This document shows positions 52,561-64,000 of a stretch of 64,000 bases of DNA, one piece after another. How positions within the stretch are numbered: position 1 is the first letter of the stretch; each line of letters opens with the position of its first letter. Under the pieces are notes generated by a model that saw nothing but the letters and a program-made list of their open reading frames with translations, searched no databases and had not been told where the DNA came from. The translations under genes and the position numbers were made by a program. Origin of the DNA: Eledone cirrhosa (taxonomy: Eukaryota). The DNA is taken from contig OZ024758.1 in assembly GCA_964016885.1 (NCBI GenBank), forward strand, positions 9,548,001 through 9,612,000, read 5' to 3'.

Positions 52561-53046
52561 AGGCACATGGCTTAGTGGTTAGAGCATTGGCTTTGCAATC
52601 AAAAGGTTGCGAGTTCAATTCTCAGACCGGGTGATGTGTTGTTTCCTTGAGCAAGACACTTTATTTCACATTGCTCCAGTTCACTCAGCTGTAGAAATGA
52701 GATGATAGGGACCCCAGTCCCTATCATTCCACTGCAAAGTGGTCGTGGAGGTGCCACGGCAAGAAAGCACCCAGCCCACACTGCAAAGTGGTCGTGGAGG
52801 TGCCACGGCAAAAAAGCACCCAGCCCACACTGCAAAGTGGTCGTGGAGGTGCCACGGCAAAAAAGCACCCAGCCCACACTGCAAAGTGGACGCGGAGGTG
52901 CTACGGCAAAAAAGCACCCAGCACTCACTGTAAATGAGGTTGGTGTTAGGAAGGGCATCCAGCTGTAGAAATCAAGCCAGAATCGGTTCCCGTCCCACCC
53001 TTGCAAGCAAGGAAAAGCGGACGTAAAATGAAATGATGATGATGAT
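52559..53046 (+). mobile_element. SINE family B with a 4x internal tandem unit
   Basis: CACTGCAAAGTGGTCGTGGAGGTGCCACGGCAAAAAAGCACCCAGC repeated four times. Confidence 0.9.
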
Positions 53047-53595
53047 CATATATATATTATGTGTGTGTGTATGTATGTTTGTATGTATGTATATATATAT
53101 ATATATATGTGTGTGTATATATATATATATATACACACACATATATTACTTAATATATATGCCAACTGCACATATATCATCATTATCATCATCATCATCA
53201 TCATGTTTAACCTTGGTAGTATAAGCTATATTGTGTCCTATATTGATGTGAATAAATCATTGGTTAAACATTAACTGATATACAACTCGAAATATACACT
53301 TAAACAATGTTATTTTATATCATTGTATATGACTTATAAGTTTCACCGTGATGCCGGTGACTTAGGACTCAATATCAATTTCTTTTATAGTCTCGGTGTT
53401 GGTGATGTTGGTGTGTGATTTCTAACCCAGTAGGTGTGTTGGTTTGGGAAAGAAGTGAGGATTGCTTTCAATCAGTTTCTTGGGTTGAACGTTAATTGGT
53501 GGGTTAGGGTATATATACTCTTGCCTCAAGTGGGAAAACCCCCGTCCAAACCCATGCAAGCGTGGAACACGGACGTTAAACGTTGATGATGATGA

Positions 53596-53655
<60 letters not shown>

Positions 53656-53671
53656 CATTATACCAGTGCCG

Positions 53672-53738
53672 TTTGCTATTGTAATGATTTCATAACAGCT
53701 CCACACTGTTGTCACAGAAATACGTATAATCCAATAAA
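53672..53738 (+). ncRNA. Decayed hammerhead ribozyme
   Basis: GTAATGA (mutated core)-TTTcATAACAG..CTGTTGTcACA-GAAA-TACGTA-TA, then AATAAA; lies between (TA)n tracts. Confidence 0.45.
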
Positions 53739-54066
53739 TATCATGATGCAACATCTGTCTTAATGTTTATTTTATATATATCATCATCATCATCGTTTAA
53801 CATCCATCTTCCCCGCTAGCATGGGTTATACGGTTTTGTTCCATTTGATGCGAGAATGTCTCGCTTGCATCGGAGTGTCTCTGGCAGGTTTTTTTTACAG
53901 CTGGATGCCCTTCCTAACACCAACCACATTTACAGTGTGGACTTATATATATATATATATATATACACATACACACACACATATACACAATAATGATGAG
54001 CAGACAATTAGATATCATCTAGGGTTACCGATTTCCTAATGTTTCCCTAATGTTCCTTATCTATAT

Positions 54067-55520
54067 AAGTACCCTAGATGCATTATTAACTTAATAATTA
54101 AATAAGTTTCAAATAAAATGTCTAACCTTTCAGCTAATGAGGAAGTATTTAACCAAAATGAGGAGCATTAAAACAAGCATTAACTAGGTCAGGCTAGAAT
54201 GATAAAATAACATATATTCTTGAGGCAATTAACAATCCATGAGCCATTACCTGGAATATAATTAGACTACATAGGTGTTGTTATAGTAATTCTGAATCAA
54301 ACTCACTACGTTATATTGGAGAAATTTCATATAAAACATATCCATCATGTAAAGTGAATTCTAGAGAGTAGGGCTAATTAGTGTTAGTGTAATTTAAATC
54401 TAGTTAGTGTAATTTAAATAATGGAGAATTTCAATGATGGAAACCCAAGTTTAGTTATTAAGGTAAATAGCATAGCCCAGGGTATGTTAATGTGGAATGC
54501 AATAATTATCTAAATGACTAATTAATACGTTGTACTAACTAATAAAAGAACTAGAAGGTGAAAAAATACTTGGCAAAATCTTCCCTTCAGAATGCAACTA
54601 TTGTCTAATATACCGATATACCAAAGATATTTTTCAATATCATTAAAAAAAACTTCCCTACCTGTCTACAGATATCATAGGGTAAAAGAAAAAGTACAGT
54701 TAAAATTTCAAGTTCCACAACACTTAATTTAACAGACAGCATAGGAACCATAGGAAAAATAGTAAATTTAGCCCTTTAGTATTTAAATCAGCCACATCCG
54801 GCCAAAATTCTCTCACCGCCTTCCTGTTTAAACCGGCCACTTATGCCGATGTTAAAGTATTGTTCTCAGAATAAATAATATCAAAATCTTGTAAATTCAA
54901 TATTATGTGAGATAAAGCTTTTACAATGAAATACAATAGTATATATAGAGTAATGGCACAGAAATACAATAGTATATAGAGAGTAATTTAAACGGTAAAG
55001 GGTTAAATGTGATGGTCAGGTTATATTTTAAAAAAATCCACTTAGATAAGGGAAATAAAACAATTAAAATATTAAAAGTAGACTCCAATAATATAAGTAT
55101 TGAGCGACTCACTACGCCTTACATATCTACTCAATATGACAACATAGCACCTAGAATAACTACAAATAATATATCAGTCAATATTAAATGTAACAGTAGA
55201 ATCTTTAAGAATTACCCACTTAAAAGAAATTGTCTGTAATGTATAAACATAGAGTGAACATGGCAACTAACGCCAAATTTTATTTAAGAGCTACATCAAA
55301 TTCTTTTAGGAAATGATACTAATTACATTTACATTCTTTTACAAATGGAGAAAAAAAGAACCACCACATCACTTTCACAATTTGGAATTTATGCAATTTG
55401 AAAATAGACTATAGTTTATGCTGGTCAATTATTAATACTGGTAGTCCTTATAAAGTTGGCATGTCTGAGCGCAATTCTTTTTTCTAGCAATGATCATTAA
55501 CTGTCAACATAGGATTCTCT
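54067..55520 (+). pseudogene. Penelope-like retroelement ORF relic (RT thumb, linker, Zn knuckle, GIY-YIG endonuclease)
   Basis: YPRCII...SNLSANEEVFN...ALTRSG; KRTRR*KNTWQNLPF; KIFFNIIKKNFP; STVKISSS; KCNSR..NYPLKRNCL; YK...FYLRATSNSFRK*Y..HLHSF; many stops and frameshifts. Confidence 0.75.
54768..55006. mobile_element. piggyBac-like MITE C inserted in the Penelope-like ORF
   Basis: TTAG-CCCTTTAGTATTTAAA ... TAAAGGG-TTAA. Confidence 0.75.
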
Positions 55521-56249
55521 TTAGTTTTTCAAGAATTGTTTATAGATAGTGGAATCTTCTAATTTTAAAGAATTTTCATAATTATTTGAATTCTCTATAA
55601 TTAAGCACCTTTCATACCTTTAGTTCTTTATCTTTAGTAAATAGATATTGAAGAATAAACTTTCACACAGCAAGCATACACTCGTTCTTACATGAGTAAT
55701 AATTTATAAAATAAATTAAAACTTTAGAATTTTATAGCTTTGATTAACACAATTAAGATTTTTTTTTCTTTATATTAACTATATTAATGCTGAATAATAA
55801 TTTGTTAACAATAATTTATCATAATTTTATTATAATCATTTCTGATATTTCATAAGTTATAAATGTGTTTATAATCATCGTCACTTTTCCATGCTTGCAT
55901 GGCTTGGAAAAATATTTAATAGTTTTTAATTAATATAATTAATAAAGTTAAACTTTCTCTGCATTAGCTACATTTATACCTGATAATAATTCTACTAATA
56001 GTAAAACACACTCTAACATTGCATATATATTGTAGGGGAAATAGTTATAAAATAATTAACCTTAGAATTTATATCTTCGATTTACATAATTAACTTAAAT
56101 TTTCTCTTTATAATTAAATGTATTAATGCACAATAAATGCAGTAGCCTTGTCTGATGATTGTGTGTACGCAGGTGAAATGCAAAAGACTTTTCACTTAGC
56201 CATAATACAGAATTAATATAAAACTTTACTTTAATATTGGGTAATCATA

Positions 56250-56430
56250 TAGGAACAAGTAAGACCTCGACGGCTGAGCTCAAGCCGTTTCGACGGCTAA
56301 TTCTGGACTGAATTAGCCGTCGAAACGGCTTGAGCTCAGCCGTCGAGGTCTTACTTGTTCCTATTACCCTAAGTATTGAGTACTTTGGTGCGTTATGGTC
56401 CACCTGGTTCCTTACCACATTTCCTTCATT
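56250..56430. mobile_element. Hairpin element D
   Basis: Perfect 54-bp arms (56250-56303 / 56310-56363) plus the conserved tail. Confidence 0.8.
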
Positions 56431-56637
56431 ATATATATATATATATGTATTTAAGACCAGCAAAAAGAGGAGGCACAAAGCAGATAATCATTGAGGAAGT
56501 CACAGAATGTGTGGCGAAAGAACTTCAATAAACAAATAAGTAATGAACAATAAAGATAAAGTGAAAATTATACGATGCGAGTGTTTCTTTCTATACAACA
56601 ATATATATGTATATATATATATATATATATACATATA

Positions 56638-56981
56638 TGGCTTAGTGGTTAGAGCATTGGGCTTGCAATCGAAAGGTTGTGAGTTCAATTCTCAGACCGG
56701 GTGATGTGTTGTTTCCTTGAGCAAGACACTTTATTTCACATTGCTCCAGTTTACTCAGCTGTAGAAATGAGATGATAGGGACTTGGGGTCCCTATCATTC
56801 CACTGCAAAGTGGTCGTGGAGGTGCCACGGCAAAAAAGCACCCAGCACTCACTGTAAATGAGGTTGGTGTTAGGAAGGGCATCCAGCTGTAGAAATCAAG
56901 CCAGAATCAGTTCCCGTCCCACCCTTGCAAGCAGGGTAAAGCGGACGTAAAATGATATGAAATGATGATGATGATGATGAT
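56638..56981 (+). mobile_element. SINE family B
   Basis: Near-identical to the other B copies. Confidence 0.85.
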
Positions 56982-57943
56982 TATATATATATACATGGAG
57001 CAGAAAAAGATGAAGGCAAGAGGAGTTTAATGTTTTTATTCAGTTACTTCCACCCTAGAAGGGTTTAGAGACTCCATCTTCCCATCTTGCCCATATATTC
57101 CAATTTTGACTGGAGGCACTCCATAATTACAGTAACTTAAGAGTTCATTGGTGTATTTTATCATGGCACCGGCAATAATGAGTTTGTCTTTAACAAGACT
57201 AAAGAACTCTGGCTATTCTACATTGTCTCCCTCTGATCACCAACCATTTTACAGAATATACTGGAGGCATTTTATTATGGAGTGAGTCAGCCTGGCGAAA
57301 TAATCTTCTCCATTCTATGTCATCCCTCTCATTACCATTCCATCGCTAATAATGTTATTTGAAAGGGAACGGAGGCCAAGAGGTTAAATGAAGAGAGTAT
57401 GAATGTGATTGTGAAAGGGGGGAAAAAGTTGCAAGATGGTTGAAATGGAGAGGGACAATGACTTGTTTGTTGTTTGTAGGAGGAATGTTGAACAATAAGG
57501 GAATCTCGTGATATAAGAGAGCTGTGTAGCGGCCAAGAAATTTTGACTGTGAGAATAGTGGATGATATCTGACTCGTGTTGTAAATACATTACTATATAA
57601 TACATACAATGGTGTATCATGTTTGCAGGATACAATGATGTATCATGTTTTCAAGTTTGGCATGTCGGCTTGATATTGCAACAAAATAGTTTCAATAAAG
57701 CTATATAAATATGTGTAATTATATATATTTCGATTGAGTGGAGAACAACTCACTATATTTATAGATATTAAAATAAATATCTGATTAAAAAAATTACTCC
57801 ATATATGAATGGATGAGAGTTGAAAATGGGCATAATGATTAATTTGAAGTCCTCAGTCAACTTCTGTTTACCGTTGTTATTCAGGCCATGATAGAAGGGT
57901 TTGGAGGCTGATTGACTGGCCTTGTGCCTAAAGTAGAAAACAA

Positions 57944-58058
57944 TTATTTTTATTAAGTACTATTATTTTTATTAAGTACTATTATTTTTATTAAGTACTA
58001 TTATTTTTATTAAGTACTATTATTTTTATTAAGTACTATTATTTTTATTAAGTACTAT
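57944..58058. repeat. 19-bp tandem repeat x6
   Basis: Unit TTATTTTTATTAAGTACTA. Confidence 0.9.
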
Positions 58059-58249
58059 GCTTTGCAGCACAGTTACGTCCCTTTACGGACTGAGTTCAAA
58101 TCCCGCCGAGGTTAACTTTGCCTTTCATTCTTACGGGGGTTGAAAGCATCAGTAATGCGCTGGGGTCGATTTAATTGACTTTCCCCTTCCCCCAAATTGC
58201 TGGCCTAGTGCCTATATCAGAAACAATTATTATTGTTGTTATTATCGCT

Positions 58250-58370
58250 CTGTCACTTAGTGCAGATAGATAATGCACCTGAGTATTTAGTCATCTGTCA
58301 AGTCCCAACAAGAACCTCGGACAGATAATACTTTCTTCAAAATGTGCAGAGTACCTAGCAAAGACCCCTT
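58250..58370 (-). pseudogene. R4/Dong-like LINE extreme C-terminus
   Basis: Reverse strand reads SLLGTLHILKKVLS, like the R4-clade terminal motif LLGTAxILRxVL. Confidence 0.45.
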
Positions 58371-58403
58371 TTTTATGACACCCGACCTGTATGATCAGCA
58401 TTA

Positions 58404-58790
58404 GGTGGGTTGGCAGTATCGGTAGAGGGTCGGACGCCATGCTTTGACGCAAAGAGTTACGGCCCTTGCCATTCTGAGTTCAAATCCCGCCGAGGTTGAC
58501 TTTGCCTTTCATCCTTACGGGGGTCGATAAAATAAAGTACCAGTAATACACTGGGATACTTGCTGGCCTTGTGCCAAAAGTAGAAACAATTATTACTATC
58601 ATAAAGGGCGGTGGAATGGCAGTATCAGTAGAGAGTCGGACACCATGCTTTGCAGCATAGAGTTACGTCCCTTTACGGTCTGAGTTCAAATCCCACCGAG
58701 GTTAACTTTGCCTTTTATCCTTACGGGGTCGATAAAATAAAGTACCAGTAATGCACTGGGTAATTGCTGGCCTATAATTATTATTATCAT
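58404..58790 (+). mobile_element. Two tandem SINE A copies
   Basis: Copies at 58404-58595 and 58606-58790. Confidence 0.85.
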
Positions 58791-59472
58791 TATATATATA
58801 TATATATGTGTGTGTGTCTTCGGGATATATAAAAATGGTGAAAAAAAAGAAAACTTTATTGGATATTTATTTTAGCATTTGATAAACAATTTCTATGAGA
58901 TATGTGTGCATATTTTTATGTACTTTTATAATCTTCATGATAGTTTCAGTATATGTTTTGAGAGACACAGAAAAATACCTCTTACTCTATCATGTCTAAT
59001 AAACATGTCTTGCTGCTTTCACGATATTTTCATAAGTTATTAAAACAAATGTGATATTTGGGGAAGGAAAAAAAAAAAACAGACTGTTTCTCTCTCCCTG
59101 TCTCTCTTTCTCTCCTCACTCTCTTTCTCTCCCCCTCTCTCTTTCTCTCCCCCCCTCTCTCTCTCTCAGTTCTAGCTTTATATTAACTCACTTAACATGC
59201 CAGATACATATATACATATACATGTATATACACATAAACACATTCATACATATACGTTGAAGATCAAGCTAAAAAATAAGATTTCTTCCTGTCTATTTGC
59301 AGAATCTGTTAATTAAGAAATGACTCTAACATAAATAACCGACTTATTTAGACAAACACTTGATAAATGATGTCTCTTTACCTGACTTATTTATCTACTG
59401 ATGATTGTAATGGCTGAAGCTTGTTTGGTGAGTGCCACCCTCCTCCACGGGAGGCCATTAGTTACAACATGA

Positions 59473-59672
59473 ATGGTTGTGGGGTTGTCAGCCCTTTTCC
59501 TCTGCAACATTAGAAGTGCGTCCTGCCTGAGGAAGGAGCTCTATGAGATTGACTGGCTCATATGTATCTGGTTGTACGGGTTGTTCTCTATGGCAATGCC
59601 ATCACCATATTTTTCGTGGGATACAGCTGAGATAAACCACCTAGATTGGGGTGTAGTCTATCCCCCTCCCCC
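59473..59672 (+). pseudogene. CRE-clade 3' relic, same family as 33480-33770
   Basis: FLCNIRSASCLRKELYEIDWL.../VVLYGNAITI plus a shared 3' ACCACCTAGATTGGGGTGT motif. Confidence 0.5.
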
Positions 59673-60611
59673 CTCCTTATCCTTATATTCATTATTTGTT
59701 TGTTTTTGTTTTTATTACAAACATATAATTTAAACCGGCCATATCCAGCCAGAATTCTCTCAATTTTTTTTTTCTGTTCAAACCAGTCGCAACCAGCTGC
59801 TCATACCCATGTTGAGGTATTGTTCTCAAAATAAATAATATCAAAATCTTATAGATTCAATATTAGGTGAGATAATTATGTAAGATAAAGCTTTTACCAC
59901 AAAAATACAATAGTATAAATAGAGTAATGTAATATTAAAGGGTTAAATTTCATCTAAATAAAGTGTTTCTAATTACTGGCTCTCAGTCAAATCAATGCTT
60001 TGCAAAGTTAAACATACACAACTTGAATTCTGTGAACTCAAAAACGTCAAGAAACACACACAGCCATATACATGTACACATGAGTGTGTATACATGTACA
60101 CATGAGTGTGTATACATGTACACATGAGTGTGTATACATGTACACATGAGTACATGTACACACACACATTTTATGTTAAGTTATTCTAACAGTTTATGTA
60201 TACATATTTTATATGTCCTGGATGGCACTGTCCTCAGATACCAGTCACCTACCATCTGTTTGTCTTCTAGACCAAAGGGGTGATAATACAGGTGCATTGA
60301 AAGTGGCACTGGATGACCAAGCTTAGAATCTACTCCACCTCTGAGGTTTTCATAGAGTTACTAATGATGACATGCTTGTGTATGTTGTTGTTGTTGTTGT
60401 TGAACCCCAGATCAACTTTGTTCAAACATCCCTATAGTCCCAGGCATTACCACCCAGTCATTTTAGACGTGTCTACAACATTTCCTAATGTATCCTTCAT
60501 TTTTGTAATATCGTAGAATGTGATTTGAAAGAAATACGACTGCTATTTCTAGCAGGTCAAGTGGCTCAGAAAAGCATTATTATTAGCTGAATACTAATAT
60601 ATATATATGTA

Positions 60612-61002
60612 TATGAGGTGTCGGCTGAGAAGTTCACAGGATGACTATGAAGGAGTGATGCTAGAGCTCTGAAATTTGGCATGCATTAACCCTTTAGCAT
60701 TTACATTACTCTATATTCACTATTGTATATTTTCATCTCACATAATATCAAATCTATGAGATTTTTTTTTTTTTTTTTTGAGAACAATATCTTAACATAA
60801 GTATGAGCAGCCAGCCAGTCTGGATAGAAAGAGGTGAGAGAATTCTTGCCGGATACGGCCAGTTTAAATGCTAAAGGGTTCAATCCTTATTGATAACTGC
60901 ATTGTTTTTTTTTTCCAGGTACTATGTTGAAAAATAAACCACATTTGATCATTCCATGAGAGTATCTTATTTAGCTTATGAACTTTTCAGCCAGCCCTCA
61001 TA
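60612..61002. mobile_element. Mariner-like MITE containing a piggyBac-like MITE C (60686-60882)
   Basis: Outer GGCTGAGAAGTTCA / TGAACTTTTCAGCC TIRs; inner TTAA-CCCTTTAGCATTTA ... TAAATGCTAAAGGG. Confidence 0.8.
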
Positions 61003-61126
61003 TGTAACTCTTGTGTACTGAAGTAATAGTATTGTTTGATTTAGTTGATTTTTTTCAGTGCTTTTATTTGATGTTTATCATGATAGAACTAATTGGGATG
61101 TATGTGTTTGGGTTACATTATTTTAA

Positions 61127-61498
61127 CTGCCCAGTGCATTACTGGTACTTTATTTTATCGACCCCGTAAGGATGAAGGGTGGTTAAGTTAACCTCGGCGG
61201 GATTTGAACTCAGACCATAAAGGGCCGTAACTCTTTGCTGCAAAGCATGGCGTCCGACCCTCTACCGATACTGCCAATCCACCGCAGAGTGTAAATAATT
61301 GTTTCTACTTTAGGCACAAGGCCAGCAATTACCCAGTGCATTACTGGTACTTTATTTTATCGACCCCGTAAGGATGAAAGGCAAAGTCAACCTCGGCGGG
61401 ATTTGAACTCAGATCTTAAAGGGACGTAACTCTTTGCTGCAAAGCATGGCGTCCGACCCTCTACCGATACTGCCAATCCACCGCAGAGTGTAAATAAT
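61127..61498 (-). mobile_element. Two tandem young SINE A copies
   Basis: The second copy is flanked by the duplicated CAGAGTGTAAATAAT. Confidence 0.85.
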
Positions 61499-61665
61499 GC
61501 AAGTCAGTGTTGCAGCATACGTAGAAACTTTATTGACATATTGCAATTGTTTCAATATTGATCAGCTCAGGGTACAATCATAATGACAGGGCCTGACTCT
61601 TCTTTGACATCTCCTCAGATATGCGAGTTTATATAGACACATCCAAATACACATACACACACACA

Positions 61666-61704
<39 letters not shown>

Positions 61705-63344
61705 CAAGGAAATTTGTAGACAAACTCCCGGAAAAGTAAAATCTTTATATGAAAAGGAATAAACATAATTGAACCTACCATTTCTGTTTTAAAATATAAT
61801 TGTAAATGGAGCTTAAGACAGGAATTTATGAAGGAGCAGCTAATTGTTGAATTTCAGTTGATCTTGTGTGAAATGAGAAGAGATGGAGCAGCTATATAAC
61901 AGTGACATCTAATGTGTCATAGTCAGTTATAGAAATATTTTCATTACATAAATGTCACTTATTAGGCTATTGTTTTTTTTTTTTTTTGCCATTTTATTTT
62001 CCTTCTTTAAGTCTCTTGAAAGTATATTCAACACACACCTAACTCTTCTTTCCCTCCCCTTCCCGTTTCATTTCTTGACACCTAAAGTACCTGCTCTTTG
62101 ACACAAACACTGTGGGATAGTTTATCAAAATTGACATGTAGCTCTCTACTTAACAATATGAAGTAGGGGCTGACTACCGCCATGTTATTTCATTAGGGCT
62201 GAATTATTTAATCATATTTAGTTTCTTCTTAAAACAAGTAATAAAATCAAAGTTTAACAAATTAACAGAAAATACTACATCTATCGCTCCCCATTTCTCC
62301 CTCTCTCTCTTTATCGCTCCCCCTTTCTTTCTCTCTCTTTACCTCTCCCCCTTTCTTTCTCTCTTTCCATTTCCCTGTCTCTCTCTCTCCTTTCTCTGTC
62401 TCTCTTTCACACACAAAGGAAGTCTAAGACATAAATTATATGATTCTAATTCTATATTCTAATGAGGTTCCTACTTTATTCCTTCTTCCCTGCCATTTTT
62501 TGACAGGTCTCTTGAGTTTATATTTCACTCTTATATTAAAAACAAACAAATAAATAAGATAGTTGTTTTCTTTCTTTTCTAATCAGTGCACTAAATATAA
62601 ATATAAAGGAAACATAAAACTTGGAAGTCTTGATAGAAAGATTGACAATTTCTCCTGTTCTTCACAGTAGTCACAAGTCTGTCTTATTTTACTTTCACAT
62701 GCATTGCTATCATTCATTCGTGAGGCATTTAGTGAAGAAATAGAATCTGAAATACTGGATGTTATGAGTAAAGCTGTCATATCAGAACAAATCTGGTGCC
62801 ATTAATGCTACAATTTGAAAATTACGTGGCCTGGAAACTGATTCCCATATTTCCTTCTTGAAGTCCATATTAATCTAATGATTCATTTTGTGAGATGTAA
62901 GGTTCCAGGAAATATTTAGATTTATCTACCATCTTAGTGTCTAAGTATCAATTAATTCCCTTTATGATTTAAAATGATGTTGAGGCACGTGGCCTAGTGG
63001 TAAGTGTGTTGGACTTACGATTATAATGTGGGTTCGATTCCTGGACTAGGTTGTGTGTTGTGTTTTTGAGCAAAACACTTCATTTCACATTGCTCCAGTA
63101 TACTCAGCTAAAAGTGAGTACCAGCGATAACTGGGAAGGGTTTAACCTTGCAATGGCCTGGTGTCCTGTCCAGGGGGCAAGTCTTGCACTCTCTGTCACT
63201 TCATGTCACAGAAACCAGGATAAGCACTGGTCTGATGAGACTTTGGGCTCGAGGCAGACTTTAGATGATTTAAAATGGAAACTTGTAGAAATATTTTAGT
63301 AATATAGAATGTTTCAGTTAACATTCTAGACTCCCTCTTAGTGT

Positions 63345-63573
63345 TTAACCCTTTAGCATTTACATTACTCTATATTTACTATTGATTTTTCACAGTAGGG
63401 GCTGAATCTCTCATAATTATCTCACATGATATCAAATCTATGAGATTTTGATGTTATTTATTTTGAGAACAATACCTTAACAACAGTATGAGCGGCCAGT
63501 TATGGCCAGCTTGAACAGAAAGCAGTGAGAGAATTCTGGCTGAATACGGCCAGTATAAATGCTAAAGGGTTAA
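63345..63573. mobile_element. piggyBac-like MITE C with intact ends
   Basis: TTAA TSD and perfect 14-bp TIR CCCTTTAGCATTTA / TAAATGCTAAAGGG. Confidence 0.85.
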
Positions 63574-64000
63574 TTGATTTCTCAATATTAGAAGCTTGTA
63601 TACTGAGAACTGTCATTAGAATGTCAGATAAAATTTCATTTTATCTAACTCTCTGTGCTGAGTTCAAATCGTATCTTTTCAAGGGCAACATAAAAAGTTC
63701 TTCACTTTTTCTTCATCTCCTTACACATACACACACTCTCTCCCTCTTCATCTTCTTACTCTCTCTCTTCCTTCATCTCCTTACACATACACACACACAC
63801 TCTCTCTTCCTTCATTTCCTTACTCATTTTCTGTCCTTCTTCGGAAAAAAATCAGCTGTGTTCAGTTCTAGGGAGGTGATGGGTTCTGCCAGGTTTAAAT
63901 GCCGACGACATATTGTATATCACAACGATATGCCAACGGTTCCACACAAAACTACACACACACACACACACTCACTCACTTACACTCACACACACCACAC

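Noticed and set aside
62583-62830. Short non-repetitive ORFs with nearby splice-like signals (also 3496-3726, 25284-25484, 39698-39850, 40336-40563)
   Set aside because: No recognisable protein similarity and no consistent strand or phase; not supportable as exons without RNA data.
63210-63250. GAAAC...GTCTGATGA hammerhead-like motif in a SINE tail (also 3180-3210)
   Set aside because: No stem I between the UH site and the CUGAUGA core, so a hammerhead cannot form.

Overview
AT-rich, microsatellite-saturated eukaryotic DNA. The repeat repertoire (tRNA-derived SINEs, RTE/CRE/R4 LINE relics, very long (TA)n/(CA)n/(CT)n tracts) resembles an octopod cephalopod genome; that assignment is inference, not a database match. 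No intact protein-coding gene is recognisable, and nearly all ORF-track entries are translated microsatellites or SINEs. The window is a mosaic of two abundant SINE families and their variants, TTAA-flanked piggyBac-like MITEs, TA-flanked mariner-like MITEs, hAT-like MITEs, decayed LINE and Penelope-like ORF fragments, and minisatellites. Three signals stand out. (1) A set of minimal type I hammerhead ribozyme motifs in short (TA)n-embedded units, two of them as inverted pairs, with a shared stem-II design and an adjacent AATAAA, near a decayed Penelope-like RT/GIY-YIG ORF. (2) A (TA)n-associated hairpin element whose copies keep perfect arms despite diverging from each other and occur as flip/flop loop isomers. 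(3) A strong CAG|GTAAGT recursive-splice-like site with a 72-nt open exon. Coordinates were counted by eye and may be off by a few bases.
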